64,000 nt of DNA from Octopus sinensis (taxonomy: Eukaryota): contig NC_043017.1 of NCBI RefSeq assembly GCF_006345805.1, forward strand, positions 9,858,001 through 9,922,000, given 5' to 3'. Every line of letters begins with the position of its first letter. Position 1 is the first letter of the stretch. Under the pieces are notes generated by a model. It had not been told where the DNA came from. It was given only the letters and a program-made list of their open reading frames with translations, and searched no databases. The position numbers and the translations under genes were made by a program. Of this stretch, positions 37,204 through 49,898 are shown one piece after another.

Positions 37204-38225
37204 AAGGCGGCGAGCTGGCAGAAACGTTAGCACACTGGGCGAAATACTAGGCAGTATTTCGTCTGCCGCTACGTTCTGAGTTCAAATTCCGCCGAGGTCG
37301 ACTTTGCCTTTCATCCTTTCGGGGTCGATTAAATAAGTACCAGTTATGCACTGGGGTTGATATAATCGATTTAATCCCTTTGTCTGTCCTTGTTTGTCCT
37401 CTGTGTTTAGCCCCTTGTGGGTAGTAAAGAAATAGGTATTTCGTCTGCCATTACATTCCGAGTTCAAATTCCGCCAAGGTCGACTTTGCCTTTCATCCTT
37501 TCGGGGTCGAAACACAAAGACAGATGAAATACCTATTTCTTTACCACCCACAAGGAGCTAAACACAGAGAGGACAAACAAGGACAAATAGACGGATTAAG
37601 TCGATTACATCGACCCCATTGCGTAACTGGTACTTAAGTTATCGACCCTGAAAGGATGAAAGGCAAAGTCGACCTCGGCAGAATTTGAACTCAGAACGTA
37701 AAGACAAATGAAATACCACTAAGCATTTTGCCCGGTATGCTTACATTTCTGCCAGTTCGCCACCTTAGAATGATTAGTATTATTAAAGCAACAAGTTCAG
37801 GCAGTGAGCTGGTAGAATTGTTGGCACATTGGGCGAAATGCTTAGTGGTATTTCGTCTGCGTTACGTTGTGAGTTCAAATTCCGCCGAGGTCGACTTTGC
37901 CTTTCATCCTTTCAGGGTCGATAAATTAAGTACCAGTTACGCACTGGGTCGATGTAATCGACTTAATACCTATGTCTGTCCTTGTTTGTCCCCTCTGTGT
38001 TTAGCCCCTTGTGGGTAATAAAGAAATAGGTATTTCATCTGCCATTACGTTCCGAGTTCAAATTCTGCCGAGGTCGACTTTGCCTTTCATCCTTTCAGGG
38101 TCGATAAATTAAGTACCAGTTACGCACTAGGGTCGATGTAATCGACTTAATACCTATGTCTGTCCTTGTTTGTCCCCTCTGTGTTTAGCCCCTTGTGGGT
38201 AATAAAGAAATAGGTATTTCGCTGG
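37204..38225. mobile_element. Cluster of young multimeric family A SINEs: + (37204-37509), - (37510-37765), + (about 37797-38225)
   Basis: Near-consensus units with alternating orientation. Confidence 0.92.
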
Positions 38226-41169
38226 TTGCAATAAGTACCAGCGAAACACTGGGGTCGATGTAACCGACTAGACCCCACCTCCAAAATTTCCGGCCTTGTG
38301 CTATAGCAAGAAAGGATTATTGAAAGCAACGAGCTGGCCAAACCATTAGAGCCTCAGACAAAAAAAGTTCAGCAGCATTTTTCCTGACTTGTTCCATTCT
38401 GAGTTCAAATCCTGCTGAGGTCGACTACTTTTTATCCTTTCAGGTTCAATAAAATAAGTTGCAGTTGAAAACTGGGGCTGATCTAATCAACTACCTCCTC
38501 CCTACAAATTTCAGGTGTTTGTGCCTATAGGAGAAAGAATTAAGGAAATGAGCTGTCCAAACCATTAGGGCATCAGACAAAAAGCTTCAGCAGTATTCCT
38601 TCTGACTTAAAATTCCACTGAAGTTGACTTAGCCTTTCATCCTATTGATTGGCTTCCGTGCCGGTGGCACGTAAAATGCACCAATCCGATCATGGCCGTT
38701 GCCAGCCTTGTCTGGCACCTGTGCAGGTGGCATGTAAAAAGCACCCACTACACTCACGGAGTGGTTGGCGTTAGGAAGGGCATCCAGCTGTAGAAACACT
38801 GCCAGATCAGACTGGAGCCTGGTGCAGCCTTCTGGCTTCCCAGTTCCCCGGTCGAACCGTCCAACCCATGCTAGCATGGAAAACAGACGTTAAACGATGA
38901 TGATGATGATGATGAGATCAATAAAATAAAGTACCTGTCAAGTACCAGAGTTGTTGTGGTCTATTTGATCCCCACTCCATAAAATTGCTGGCCTTGTGCC
39001 CAAAACTTGAAGCAATTTTGTTGGGGGTGGGGGGTTAGTCCACCATACTGACTCCAGTACTAAACTGGCGTTGTATTTTATTAACCCCGGAAGTGATTAA
39101 AGGTAAAAATGACCTCAACTGGATTTGAACTTGAAATGTAGAGAATCAAATCAAATACTGTGGGGTATTTTTTTTTCCACGGGCCAACCAAAGCCTTGTG
39201 AGTGGATTTGGAAGACGGAAACTGAAAGAAGCCCGTCGTATATATGTATATATATATGCGTGTGTGTGTTTGTCCCCTAGCATTGCTTGACAACCGATGC
39301 TGGTGTATTTATGTCCCCGTCACTTAGCGGTTCGGCAAAAGAGACCGATAGAATAAGTACTGGGCTTACAAAAGAATAAGTCCCGGGGTCGAGTTGCTCG
39401 ATTAAAGGCGGTGCTCCAGCATGGCCGCAGTCAAATGACTGAAACAAGTAAAAGGGTATGTTGGTTACTCGAATTCAACGTATGAGTCTGAAAGAAAAGG
39501 ATTTTAAAAATAAAAGAAGCGGCATCTATTTACGATGGATGTGCGAATGTAATTTGAATCAAAGTATCGACTTTGCTATGAAGTCACAATGGGGAAAATC
39601 GCGATTTTTGGTTTTGCCTGGAATTGGACAAAATGTGTCTGTTGATTTCAGGATATAATTATTTTATTGTTCTGCTTCTCAACTCAAATTGTTTGGATGC
39701 GTCAAAAAGTATAAAAATGACAATGTACATATAAAGGGAAATAACTCGGTTGTCTTTTCCTGTTCAAGCAATATTTAAATTTTTAATGACAATCTCTAAA
39801 ATAAAGGCAACCTGCGGCCCGCGAGCCTTTCTGAATGGTTCGCCAAGCGAAGAATTACATTCAAATTCTTTTTTTTAAGTAGTGCTGCCAGCCTGATGAT
39901 GATGATTTTCCATGTCCCATGCGGCCTGTTTGCTCTCTGACAATCCCACGCCAAGCTTCATGTTTTTGCCTATTTGCCAACCAGGGAGCTTCTGCGCGGT
40001 GTCTCTCCTGCTAAAAATAGCAGTCAATTTTTTTTCTTTTCAAATCACACCCGATCATCGTACTATAAAACAGGTACATTAGATAATGTAGTTAAATATA
40101 CTATATCGCGGTAAAAAAATGGAATGGGCAAGGCTGGAATGGATTTGATTTGAGCTCAATTGGTGTTAAACTCTTAGGTGAGACAGAGTTACAACACAGC
40201 GTGGCTGAGTGGTTAAGAAGTTTGCATTCCAATCATGTGGTCTAGGGTTCAGTCCCACCGCACGGCATCTTGGGCAAGTATTTTCAACTATAGCCCCGGA
40301 TCAACTGTAGTCTTGTGAGTGGATTTGGTAGACGGAAACCCAATACGCGCACGGGTGTGCATGCGTTTGTCCACCACCACTGCTTGGCAACCGGGTTTGT
40401 TTTGTTTACGTTCCCGTAACTTAGAATAGGAACCAGGCTTCAAAAAAATAAAACCAATGAAGTCGATTTGTTCGACTAGAATCCCTTTATTGCATTGCCC
40501 CAGCATGGCCACAGTCAAATGCCTGAAACAAGATAGAGATAAAAAGATGCGTGTGCATGGGCAAACGAATCAGACTTTCTATTTCCGATTAATAAATGTC
40601 GGTTTGTTTATTTCACACGACAACTTCAGGAAACCCAAAAATAAATTAGAGCGATGCGTGTCTGTGTGTGTGATTGCGTTTAGTTGAGATTCTGACAGCT
40701 TGAGAATCACAGAAAAGCAAAACAATCTTGTCAGACTCTGTGAACTCATCATTCAAAGGCGTAGGTGGAAGCAAGCGTATTAAGAGTACACTTGTGTTTA
40801 GAGTGCATTTGTGTTCGTGTGTTCTGTTAAGTGTGAGAGTGTGTGTGCGTACTTAAGAGTGCATTTGACTGTGTGATCTACTAAGCATGAATTTGTATGT
40901 CTGTACAAAGCATTTTATTAATGTGTGCATTGAGAGTGTATGTATGTATGTGTGTGCGGTCCTGTTAAGTGTAAGTGTACTAAGACTGTGCCTGTGTGTC
41001 AGTTTATTTATATTTGTGTGTGCATTGAGATTATATGTATATATAGATTTATATATATATATATGAAAGAAAAAAGGTGTTCAGAATGCTGGATGGTTGT
41101 AAAAATATATATTTATTTACATATCACATATTATTTCTTCATATTAGCGCTTTCACCTACTCCTGTAGT

Positions 41170-41487
41170 TTCATTAGAAAACCTATATAAATATGTATGT
41201 ATAATATATATGTATGTATAATATAAATGCATATATGTATGTATAATATATATGTATATATGTATGTATGTATAATATATATGTACGTATGTATAATATA
41301 TATGTATGTATGTATAATATATATGTATATATATATGTATGTATAATATATATGTATATATAATATATATGTATATATATATATATATGAATGTATGTAT
41401 ATATATATGTATATATATATATATTATATATATATATATATATATATGATGTATGTATATATATATATATATATATGATGTATGTAT

Positions 41488-41521
<34 letters not shown>

Positions 41522-41705
41522 ATGTATGTATAATATATATGTATATATATATGAATGTATGTATAATATATATGTATATATATATATGAATGTATGTATA
41601 ATATATATGTATATATATATATGATGTATGTATATATATATGTAATATATATATATGAATGTATGTATAATATATATGTATATATATATATATATATGTA
41701 TGTAT

Positions 41706-41736
<31 letters not shown>

Positions 41737-41945
41737 GTATGTATAATATATATAATATAGATGTATATATATATATATGTATGTATAATATATATATATA
41801 TATATATATGTATGTATAATATATATAATATAGATGTATATATATATATATGTATGTATAATATAGATGTATATATATATATATGTATGTATAATATATA
41901 TGTATATATATTTATATGTATAATATATATATATATATATATATT
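41170..41945. repeat. Long (TA)-rich compound microsatellite immediately upstream of the TFIIB promoter
   Basis: About 775 bp almost entirely A/T with interspersed G. Confidence 0.95.
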
Positions 41946-42054
41946 TGTGTGTTTCCCTGTACGTGAGTGTCTCTTCCTCTTCACGGAACTAATTGTGAAA
42001 ACAGAAATCCGTCGTCGAAGACGATAATTAATATCGAAGTTAAATTGTAAAAGC

Positions 42055-42105
42055 AATGCTGATTGGTCAGTTTCTGTAACGTGTGCGCAGAATCGGAAGT
42101 AGAAT
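42055..42105 (+). promoter_or_regulatory. Compact promoter-like module upstream of TFIIB
   Basis: Reverse CCAAT (ATTGG 42062-42066), TGCGCA NRF1-like half site (42084-42089) and CGGAAGT ETS site (42094-42100) within 40 bp, about 240 bp upstream of the ATG. Confidence 0.45.
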
Positions 42106-42335
42106 TATGTATAAGTGAGACATTTCAAGTTGTGAGAAGTCAGTTGTCGATGGATTAGTTGACTCAATACATTCGCTCCTTTGTTTAAAAACATATCTAT
42201 ACACATTATATGTATATATATCTGTGTATATATATATGTATGCATGTCTTTCTACCTCTGTTCCATTCATAACAGTTCATTAATTGTTACATTATCGTCT
42301 CAAGTTTAAGCAAAAGCAAACAAATAACCTTACCG

Positions 42336-43280
42336 ATGGCGTTAAGGGCTTCGCGAATGGCTCGCTTGCACTGTTCAGCTCACCCGGATTCTCCTCTGAT
42401 CGAGGACTATCATGCCGGAGATATGATATGTTCCGAGTGTGGTCTGGTCGTCGGTGACCGAGTCATCGATGTCGGTTCCGAATGGCGTACCTTCAACAAC
42501 GACAAGAACACCAAAGATGCGTCGCGTGTCGGTGCCGCCGAAAACCCTTTGCTGGACGGCGGGGACCTGTCTACAATGATAGCCACTTCCTCGGGCGATA
42601 CACTACTGGACGACAACGGCAAACCCATGTACCACAGTCGAAGGAACCTCAGCGTATCTGACCGAACCCTGTTAACAGCTTTCCGTGAAATCAGCCAAAT
42701 GTCCGAACGGCTCAATCTACCCACGATGATTGCCGATCAAGCCAATACTTTGTTTAAACAGGTCCACGAGAGCAAATCCTTGAAAGGAAGGGCAAACGAT
42801 GCGATCGCTTCAGCGTGTATGTACATCGCCTGTCGACAAGAAGGGGTTCCGAGGACTTTCAAAGAAATCTGCGCCGTTTCGAAAGTATCCAAGAAGGAAA
42901 TCGGACGAACGTTCAAGTTGATTCTAAAGACACTAGAGACCAATGTTGACTTAATTACCACCGGGGACTTCATGTCTCGGTTCTGTTCCAGTCTAAGCAT
43001 GACAAACCATGTACAGAAAGCCGCTACTCACATCGCCAAAACTGCTGTTGATTTGGACCTGGTGCCGGGGAAAAGCCCCGTCACTGTTGCAGCTGCCGCA
43101 ATATATATGGCATCTCAGGCCTCCGAAAACAAGAAAACCCAGCGAGAAATTAGTGTGGTGACGGGTGTGGCAGAGGTAACTATACGGCAGTCTTATAAAC
43201 TGATGTATCCCAGAGCACGAGATCTATTCCCTTCGGAATTTAAGTTCGCTACCCCTATAGACTTGTTACCCACCCAGTAA
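42336..43280 (+). CDS. GTF2B: Transcription initiation factor IIB, full-length, single-exon CDS (314 aa)
   Basis: Zn ribbon C-x2-H...C-x2-C, B-reader [13 protein letters not shown], two cyclin repeats ([45 protein letters not shown]). No stops, frameshifts or introns in the CDS. Confidence 0.97.
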   Translation: MALRASRMARLHCSAHPDSPLIEDYHAGDMICSECGLVVGDRVIDVGSEWRTFNNDKNTKDASRVGAAENPLLDGGDLSTMIATSSGDTLLDDNGKPMYHSRRNLSVSDRTLLTAFREISQMSERLNLPTMIADQANTLFKQVHESKSLKGRANDAIASACMYIACRQEGVPRTFKEICAVSKVSKKEIGRTFKLILKTLETNVDLITTGDFMSRFCSSLSMTNHVQKAATHIAKTAVDLDLVPGKSPVTVAAAAIYMASQASENKKTQREISVVTGVAEVTIRQSYKLMYPRARDLFPSEFKFATPIDLLPTQ

Positions 43281-43634
43281 AACTCTGAAAACTTTATGGC
43301 AGGACTTGGTAAAACAAAAAAAAACAACTTTTTTTTTTTAAAAGAAAAGATCTTTATTTTGATGTAGAATTTTGGTTTGCTAACAACAGTGAGAGAGATT
43401 TCTGTTTTTTTTTTTTTTAAATTTAATTTTATTAATAATGATGTGGTACATTTATATATAACGGGGCTCGAAAATAACACCGAACTACTTTGTTGGGTTT
43501 CGAACCTCGCTCTCTTCCCAGTTTTCTGTCTTGCATTTTTTTTTCTTTTTGTATTTTGTTGATGTTGTATAACAGATATATTATTGAATGAAAGATTTTA
43601 TTTTTAAGTGATGAACAATGTGGTACTGTGTATG

Positions 43635-43680
<46 letters not shown>

Positions 43681-45628
43681 GTGTGTGTGTTTATAGCTCC
43701 CTTGAGCCTTATTTTAAAATTACAAGTTCCTGTTCCTCCTCATCTTTGTTTTAAATGCCAAAATATTCATAGGTGAGTGGTCGACCTGGAAGTCTACAAA
43801 CAAACATGTACCTTGTAAACACTGTCAATTTACATGTTGGGTGTGTGAATTTTCCCCGTTCGTGTGGAGGGTGCAGTCTGTGCGAGAACAATGTTATTTC
43901 AAACCAAAATAATACATTCAAAGTCCGATGAAAACAAAAATGACGTGTGTTAATGAGGGATGGTCGTTATTACACCGCTTATATCGAACCTCTTCTTGCC
44001 GCCACCTCTCTTCCTTTCCCTGACAACAAATGTTTATATTGATGATGCAAGCACCTTTAAACTGTAGAACGATTTAGTTTCGACTACTGACAATTTTAGA
44101 ACTTATTAAACCACTTAACAGAGACCAGTGGGAGCAAGCTTTCGGTGAAAGAATATAAAAAGCGAAAATATTTCTTCTGCAAATTACGCAAAAAAAATAA
44201 TAATCTTTAAATTTTCTCTTCAGCTGAATCGTTCAAGTATTTTCCTTGTGTGTATATGTAAATATATGTGCTCTTGTACATGAATCTATATTTACATGTG
44301 TATACACATACATACACAAAAAGTACTTAAACATTAGCGATTCAAAGAAGTGAAAGTATTTGCCGAACGAATTGCTTTCTGCGAAAGATTGCCTGTAACC
44401 TATGTATGTATAATGTTGCCAGACAATTGAAAAGAAGCAAAGAACTGCGTATATTCCTTCATCTGGTTGTTTTTGTTTTTCTCACCATTTCATTGTTTTC
44501 GAGAGGGTGGCGCTTTGGCAGAATCGTTAGAGTATCGGGCAAATATTACTTCGAGTTCTTCACGTTCTGAGATCAAACCCCACTGGTGTCAACGTTGCCT
44601 TTCATCCCTCTGATATCGATCGATCAATCGGAGTATCAGTCAAGTACTGGGATCGATGAAATCAGCTTAAACCTTCCTCTTATAAAATTGCTGGCTCTGA
44701 GTTCAAATCCCGTTCAGATCAACTTCACCTTTCACCCATTTAGGCTTCATAAAATAAAGTATCAGGGTCGATGGTATCGACTGAGACCTTCTAAAGCTGC
44801 TGTTTTGTGCTTAATCAGAAACCATTATAAGGCAGCAGCAAACTGGCAGAATTCTAAGATCTTTAAATCAGCTAGTCCCCTGTCCCAAAATTTCCGGCCT
44901 TGTGCCTATAGTAGAAAGGATTATTATTATTAAGGCAGCGATCTGGCAGAATTGTTAGCATGCCAGGCAAAACGCTTAGCAGCATTTCATCTGTCTCTGT
45001 TCCAGGTTCAAATTCCACCCTTACTTTTTATCATTTTTGTGGTCGATAAAATAAGTAGCAGTTGAACACTGGGGTCGATGCAGTTAACTCATCCCTTTCC
45101 CTTACAATTGTTGGCCTTGAGCCAGAATTTGAAACTGTTATTATCATTGGGTGAGCTGGAAGAATCTTAGCATGCTGGGCAAAATGCTTAGGGCCATTTT
45201 ATTTGGGCTCAAATTGTGCTGAGATCATACTTGCTTTCCGTCCTTTCAGGGTCAACAGAATAAGTACGTGTCAAATACTGGGAGTCAATGTAGCCAGCTT
45301 CCCCCTTCCCTCAAAATTTTTAGCCATGTACCAAAATCAAAACTAATTATTTTTCATTATAAAGGTAACTGTTATTGGGTCTTTGCATTAGTTGAACAAC
45401 AAAGCGTATCTGTTTATATTGGAAGTTTAAGTTTGAACCTCTTCTGCAGTGTCACTGAAATCTAGACTGGATGTAGATTCAAACCAGATTTCTGTAGAAA
45501 TACACTGCTTTCATTTTAATTAATTTTGAAAAATAATCTAGAATTTAGTAAAATAATTTTGTCGTTATTAAGTTGGTTTTTGAAATGTAAATAAACGTGA
45601 AATGCAGGTGGCAAGTTATAGTTTAGAG

Positions 45629-45807
45629 CAGTGCTTTTCAGACTTTTTGCTGGAGCGGAACCCCAAGGAAACATTCCACTGGCTCGAGGAACCTCTGTGC
45701 AATAATTTAATAGTCTTATGCACACATATCTGCACAGGAGAATTAAAAATTACTGCCGATTTTAGCAGTTTTGTAACTTCTTGCGGAACCCTGGTTGAAA
45801 ACCACTG
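45629..45807. mobile_element. hAT (Charlie-like) MITE, 179 bp
   Basis: CAGTGCTTTTCA...TGAAAACCACTG TIR; 8-bp TSD GTTTAGAG at 45621-45628 and 45808-45815. Confidence 0.92.
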
Positions 45808-48800
45808 GTTTAGAGACTTGAAACCAAGGGTAGTTTTGGGTGGGTTGATATGAAAAGGGTTAACAGATGATCTGCTTATCCCTTCTTACATAATTTTCTA
45901 TCAAAGTTGCTGACTTCAACTGCTTTGAGGACTATAGAATCTGTTACTATTAAATTCTTCACTCAGACCAGAAAAATCCACTAAAAAAGTGCAAAAATTC
46001 TTTTAGGATATTTCTGTTGAATTACACTATTTTCAGTTAATTTTGAAAATAATGTATTTAATAAATTAACTTTTGTCATTATAAAGCTGGTATTTAGAAT
46101 ATGAATTAACCTGGAATTTTGGTAGGTTTTGTTTTACATTACTTTAATCCTTTAGCATTTAAAACATCCAAAATATTCTGTTTTATATTCCCACTGGCCA
46201 AATCTGGTTCCCTCACACCTACTATACAATATCATTCTAAAAATAAACTACTACATCATCAAATTCTTGAAGCTACAAGGTATTTCATAATTAATTCAAA
46301 GCAACGTAAATAAATAAGATTGCATTTAACAGAAGAATCTGAATGCTAAGGGGTCAAAACAGATCTCAACTGGGGCAGTTTTGACTGTCCATCTCTCCTC
46401 GAACTTTCAGACCTTTTGCCTGTGCCAGAAATGTTAATTGTTTCTTAACCTAGGCACAGTCTGAAATTTGGACAGAGGTAAACAGTTGATTAATCGTTTG
46501 CAATTCAGATTATTCTGTCAAATGCAATGCTTATTTATTCACATTGTTTTGAATTAATCATGTGTTATCTGGTGGCTTTCAGTGATGTGATTATTTATGT
46601 TTGGAATGACATTGTTGGGTCAGTGTGAAAGATGAGATCTGGTCAGTTTGGACATAAAACAAGGTAGAATATTTGGGTTGGGTATGGCTGGTTTAAATGC
46701 TAAAGGGTTAAATCAACCTCAGTGCTTGACCACTATTTTTTTTTTCATGCCATTGGGGCAGTTTAATCAGATTTCTGGCCTTGGGCCTAGAGTGGTGAAT
46801 TAGTAGAGGACTGTGGCCATGCTGGGGCACTTGCTACCTTCAAGAGCTTTGTCAAAGAAACTGACCACTGCTGTTTTTTTTTTCTTTCTAAGTCTGGTAC
46901 TTATGCTATCACTCTTACGTCTAACTGCAAAGTTACAAGGATGTGAACAAACCAACATCAGTTGTCAAGTGGTGGGTGGAACAAACACATATACACACGT
47001 ATTGTACTTATAGATACAGCGGGCTTCCAGGCAGTTTCCATCTGCCAAATTCACTCACAAGGCATTGGGTGATCTGAGACTAGAGAAGACACTTGTCCAA
47101 GATGCCACATAGTGGGAATGAACCCCAAACTACGCAGCTGTGGTTACAAAGTGAGCTTCTTAACCACACGACCACGCTTATAGTTCTTTTGTCCCACTTA
47201 AATAACGAGGGGAATGTAATTAATTGCTCACCCTCTCTTTCTCTTCCCAACTCCCAAAACTGGTGACTGTCATTGGATGGTAATATGGTGGACGAAATAT
47301 CAAGCAGTTATGTTCCTTTACATTGCAAGTTTTATCTTGGGGTTGAAGAAATATATGTACCAGTCATGTACTTGGGAGTTGATATAATTAATCAATGGAA
47401 CCCGTCCCTAACCAAAATTGTATGTAGCCCTTTGTATGTGCCTATGTTCAACAACTGCAGCCAAACAGTGTTGTGCAAGGGTGTAGTTATTACTATTATG
47501 TGAAAACCATTATTGTCATCATCATCATCAGTGGGTGTAAGGTGTAGAGACCAAAATCTTGCAGTCCTTGTCAAAAGGAGTTTGTGACCCTCCACCTTAC
47601 CAGGCTTCTCTCTTCTGTAACACAGCTTAATTCCTTCAAATGTAACATTTCATAGTTACTTTCCTCCTTCCCTTCACATGTAAATCTGGGGCTTTAACAT
47701 TCACTGTCCCTCAGAGGCAGCCAACTGGCAGAATTGGTTAACGTGGGACAAAATGCTCAGCAGCATTTCTTCCAACTCTCTACGTTCTAAGTTCAAATCC
47801 TTTTGGGGTTGATAAAATAAAGACCAGTCAAGTTCTGGGGATGACGTAACCTCCTCCCTGCCCGCCCAAAATTGCTGGTCTTGTGCCAAAGTCAGAATTA
47901 TTTTCTGTGACTCTAAAGCATCAAACTACTAGAATTGTTTGGAGGTTGGATGAAATGCTCTGCAAAATTTCTTTTGGCTTTTCACATGCTGCCAAGGTCA
48001 ACATAGCCTTTCATCCTTTTGGGGGTCAATAAATTAATTACCAGTTACATAGTGGGGATTGATGTAATCAACTTAATCCCCTTTCCTTTCTAAATTGCTG
48101 GCCTTGTACCAAACTTTGAAACCATTATTATTTCTTGTCATTCTATGTATATTTTTTTTTAGTACAAACTTCATTCAACTTTTGAAAAAAAAAAGCCATG
48201 ACCTGGTTGTTCCAATCACATTTTCCAGGTGACTTAATCAAATTAATTGAAATCATAATAATAAATGATAATAATGAAGACTTGTGGTGTTCATAAGCAC
48301 ATCAAAGAAATCTAAACATCAATTTTTGATTTCTTTTTGTCTTTTAAAAAAAATAATAAAAAACTTTCCTAAAATTCTCGTCTTGTTTTGATCTCATTCA
48401 ATGAATCTTCATGGAAATGTCTTTATCTTAAACTCTTTTCTTGATTGTTATTTTTTATGAAATATATTGTTTTTGAATGTTTTAATTAATTTTGAAAAAC
48501 TAATCAAGAATTTGAAAGGGTTTGCTAAAACAACTAATTTTTTTCATATTTGTTTCAGTCATTAAACTGTGGCCATGCTGGGACACAGCCTTGAGTTTTT
48601 AGTTGAATGAATCGACACCAGAACTTATTTTTTTTGTTAAGCCTGGTACTTATTCTATTGGTCTCTTTTGCTGAACTGCTAAGTTATGGAGGTGTAAACA
48701 CCAGCACAGGTTGTCAAGCAAAGGTGGGGGACAAACACTGACACAAAAGATACACACACACAATGGGCTTCTTTCGGTTTCCGTCTACCAAATCCACTCG

Positions 48801-49790
48801 CAAGGTTTTGGTCAGCCCAAGTCTATAGTAGAGGACTTTATAAGCTAAGTATCTGTGTAGGTCTTTTAATAGTAAGAAATTGCAGATCCCTTGTCTGTGG
48901 CAGGTGAGTCCAACAAACACTGGATTAAGAATCCTTTTGGACACAAAAAAGTTGAAGGCTGCCCAGGCTTTGACTTTTTCTATCTCAGGTTTTTTTGAAC
49001 CCTGTATTTATGCATTACTATTTATAGGTTTACCTTCTTAAGGCGGCAAGCTGGCAGAATCGTTAGCATGCTGGATGAAAGGTGATCAACTCAGCCCATC
49101 CCTACAAATTTCCAACCTTGTGCCTATAGTAGAAAGGATCCTTATTATTATTAAGGCAGTGAGCTCGCAGAACCATTAGCATGCCCGACAAAGTCCTTAG
49201 TGGAATTTTGCCCATGTTCTGAGTTCAAACTCCACTGAGGGTGACTTAGCCTTTCATTCCCCTTCAGGGTGGATAAAATAAGTATCAGGCAGGAACACAG
49301 GATCAATTTATCCCTATCTTCCAAAAACAAATTCAGGCCCTGTGCCTATAATAGAAAGGATTATTAAGGCAGTGAGGTGGTAGAAGTGTTAGCACACAGA
49401 CAGAATGCTTGGCAGCAGTTTGCTCATCTTTGCATTCTGGGTTCAAATGACACCGAGGTCAACTTTACATTTCATCCTTTCGGGGTCGATAAAATAAAGT
49501 AAGAGCTAAGCACTGGGGTCAATATAATTGACTTACCCACTCCCCTAAAACTTCGGGTCGTGTACCTTGAACAGAAAGGATTGTTGTTGTTAAGGACAGT
49601 GAACAGAAGAAATGTTACAAACGCCAGAGTGATAAAGTTGTATTCCTTTTATGTTTTGGGTTCAAATCAAATACAGCTGGTTGAAGTTGGCTCAAGTCCT
49701 GAGGCAGAGTCCAAGAAGTCACTTGCATCTACAGAATTGGACTGGTGCCATATTTTGTAAAAAAAAAAAAAAAGTGAGGTAGGTTGAGTT

Positions 49791-49898
49791 TCATTTGCAG
49801 TGCATCGACAGCAGCATGTTGCACTGTTGTTGCAAGTTCCTCGTTTGTTGGTGCAGCGCACTGTCTTCGCCATGCGTGACACGGACCATTTTCTCACA
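49791..49898 (-). CDS. SMYD3: SMYD3-like terminal exon: CEKMVRVTHGEDSALHQQTRNLQQQCNMLLSMHCK*
   Basis: gttttccag| acceptor; VTHG motif (human MRVTHGREH); TGA at 49793-49791. Confidence 0.92.
   Translation of the reverse strand, partial: CEKMVRVTHGEDSALHQQTRNLQQQCNMLLSMHCK

Noticed and set aside
37204-38225. Regularly repeated 180-bp units as a CRISPR-like array
   Set aside because: Units are whole SINE bodies with no unique spacers; eukaryotic context and no cas genes.
41391-42056. Ile/Tyr-rich ORFs up to 210 aa
   Set aside because: Translations of the TA microsatellite.
42410-43000. Two antisense ORFs (104 and 87 aa)
   Set aside because: Shadows of the TFIIB coding frame.
44035-44096. TGATGA...CTGA C/D-box-like pair
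   Set aside because: Too short, no proper terminal stem, and not in a host intron.
48886-48988. Plus-strand 18-nt micro-exon (CAG|gtgagt) and downstream acceptor
   Set aside because: No ORF or gene context; isolated splice-like motifs are common.
42336-49791. Idea that TFIIB is nested antisense in an SMYD3 intron
   Set aside because: The SMYD3 CDS ends at 49791 with the expected VTHG C-terminus; the genes are convergent, not nested.
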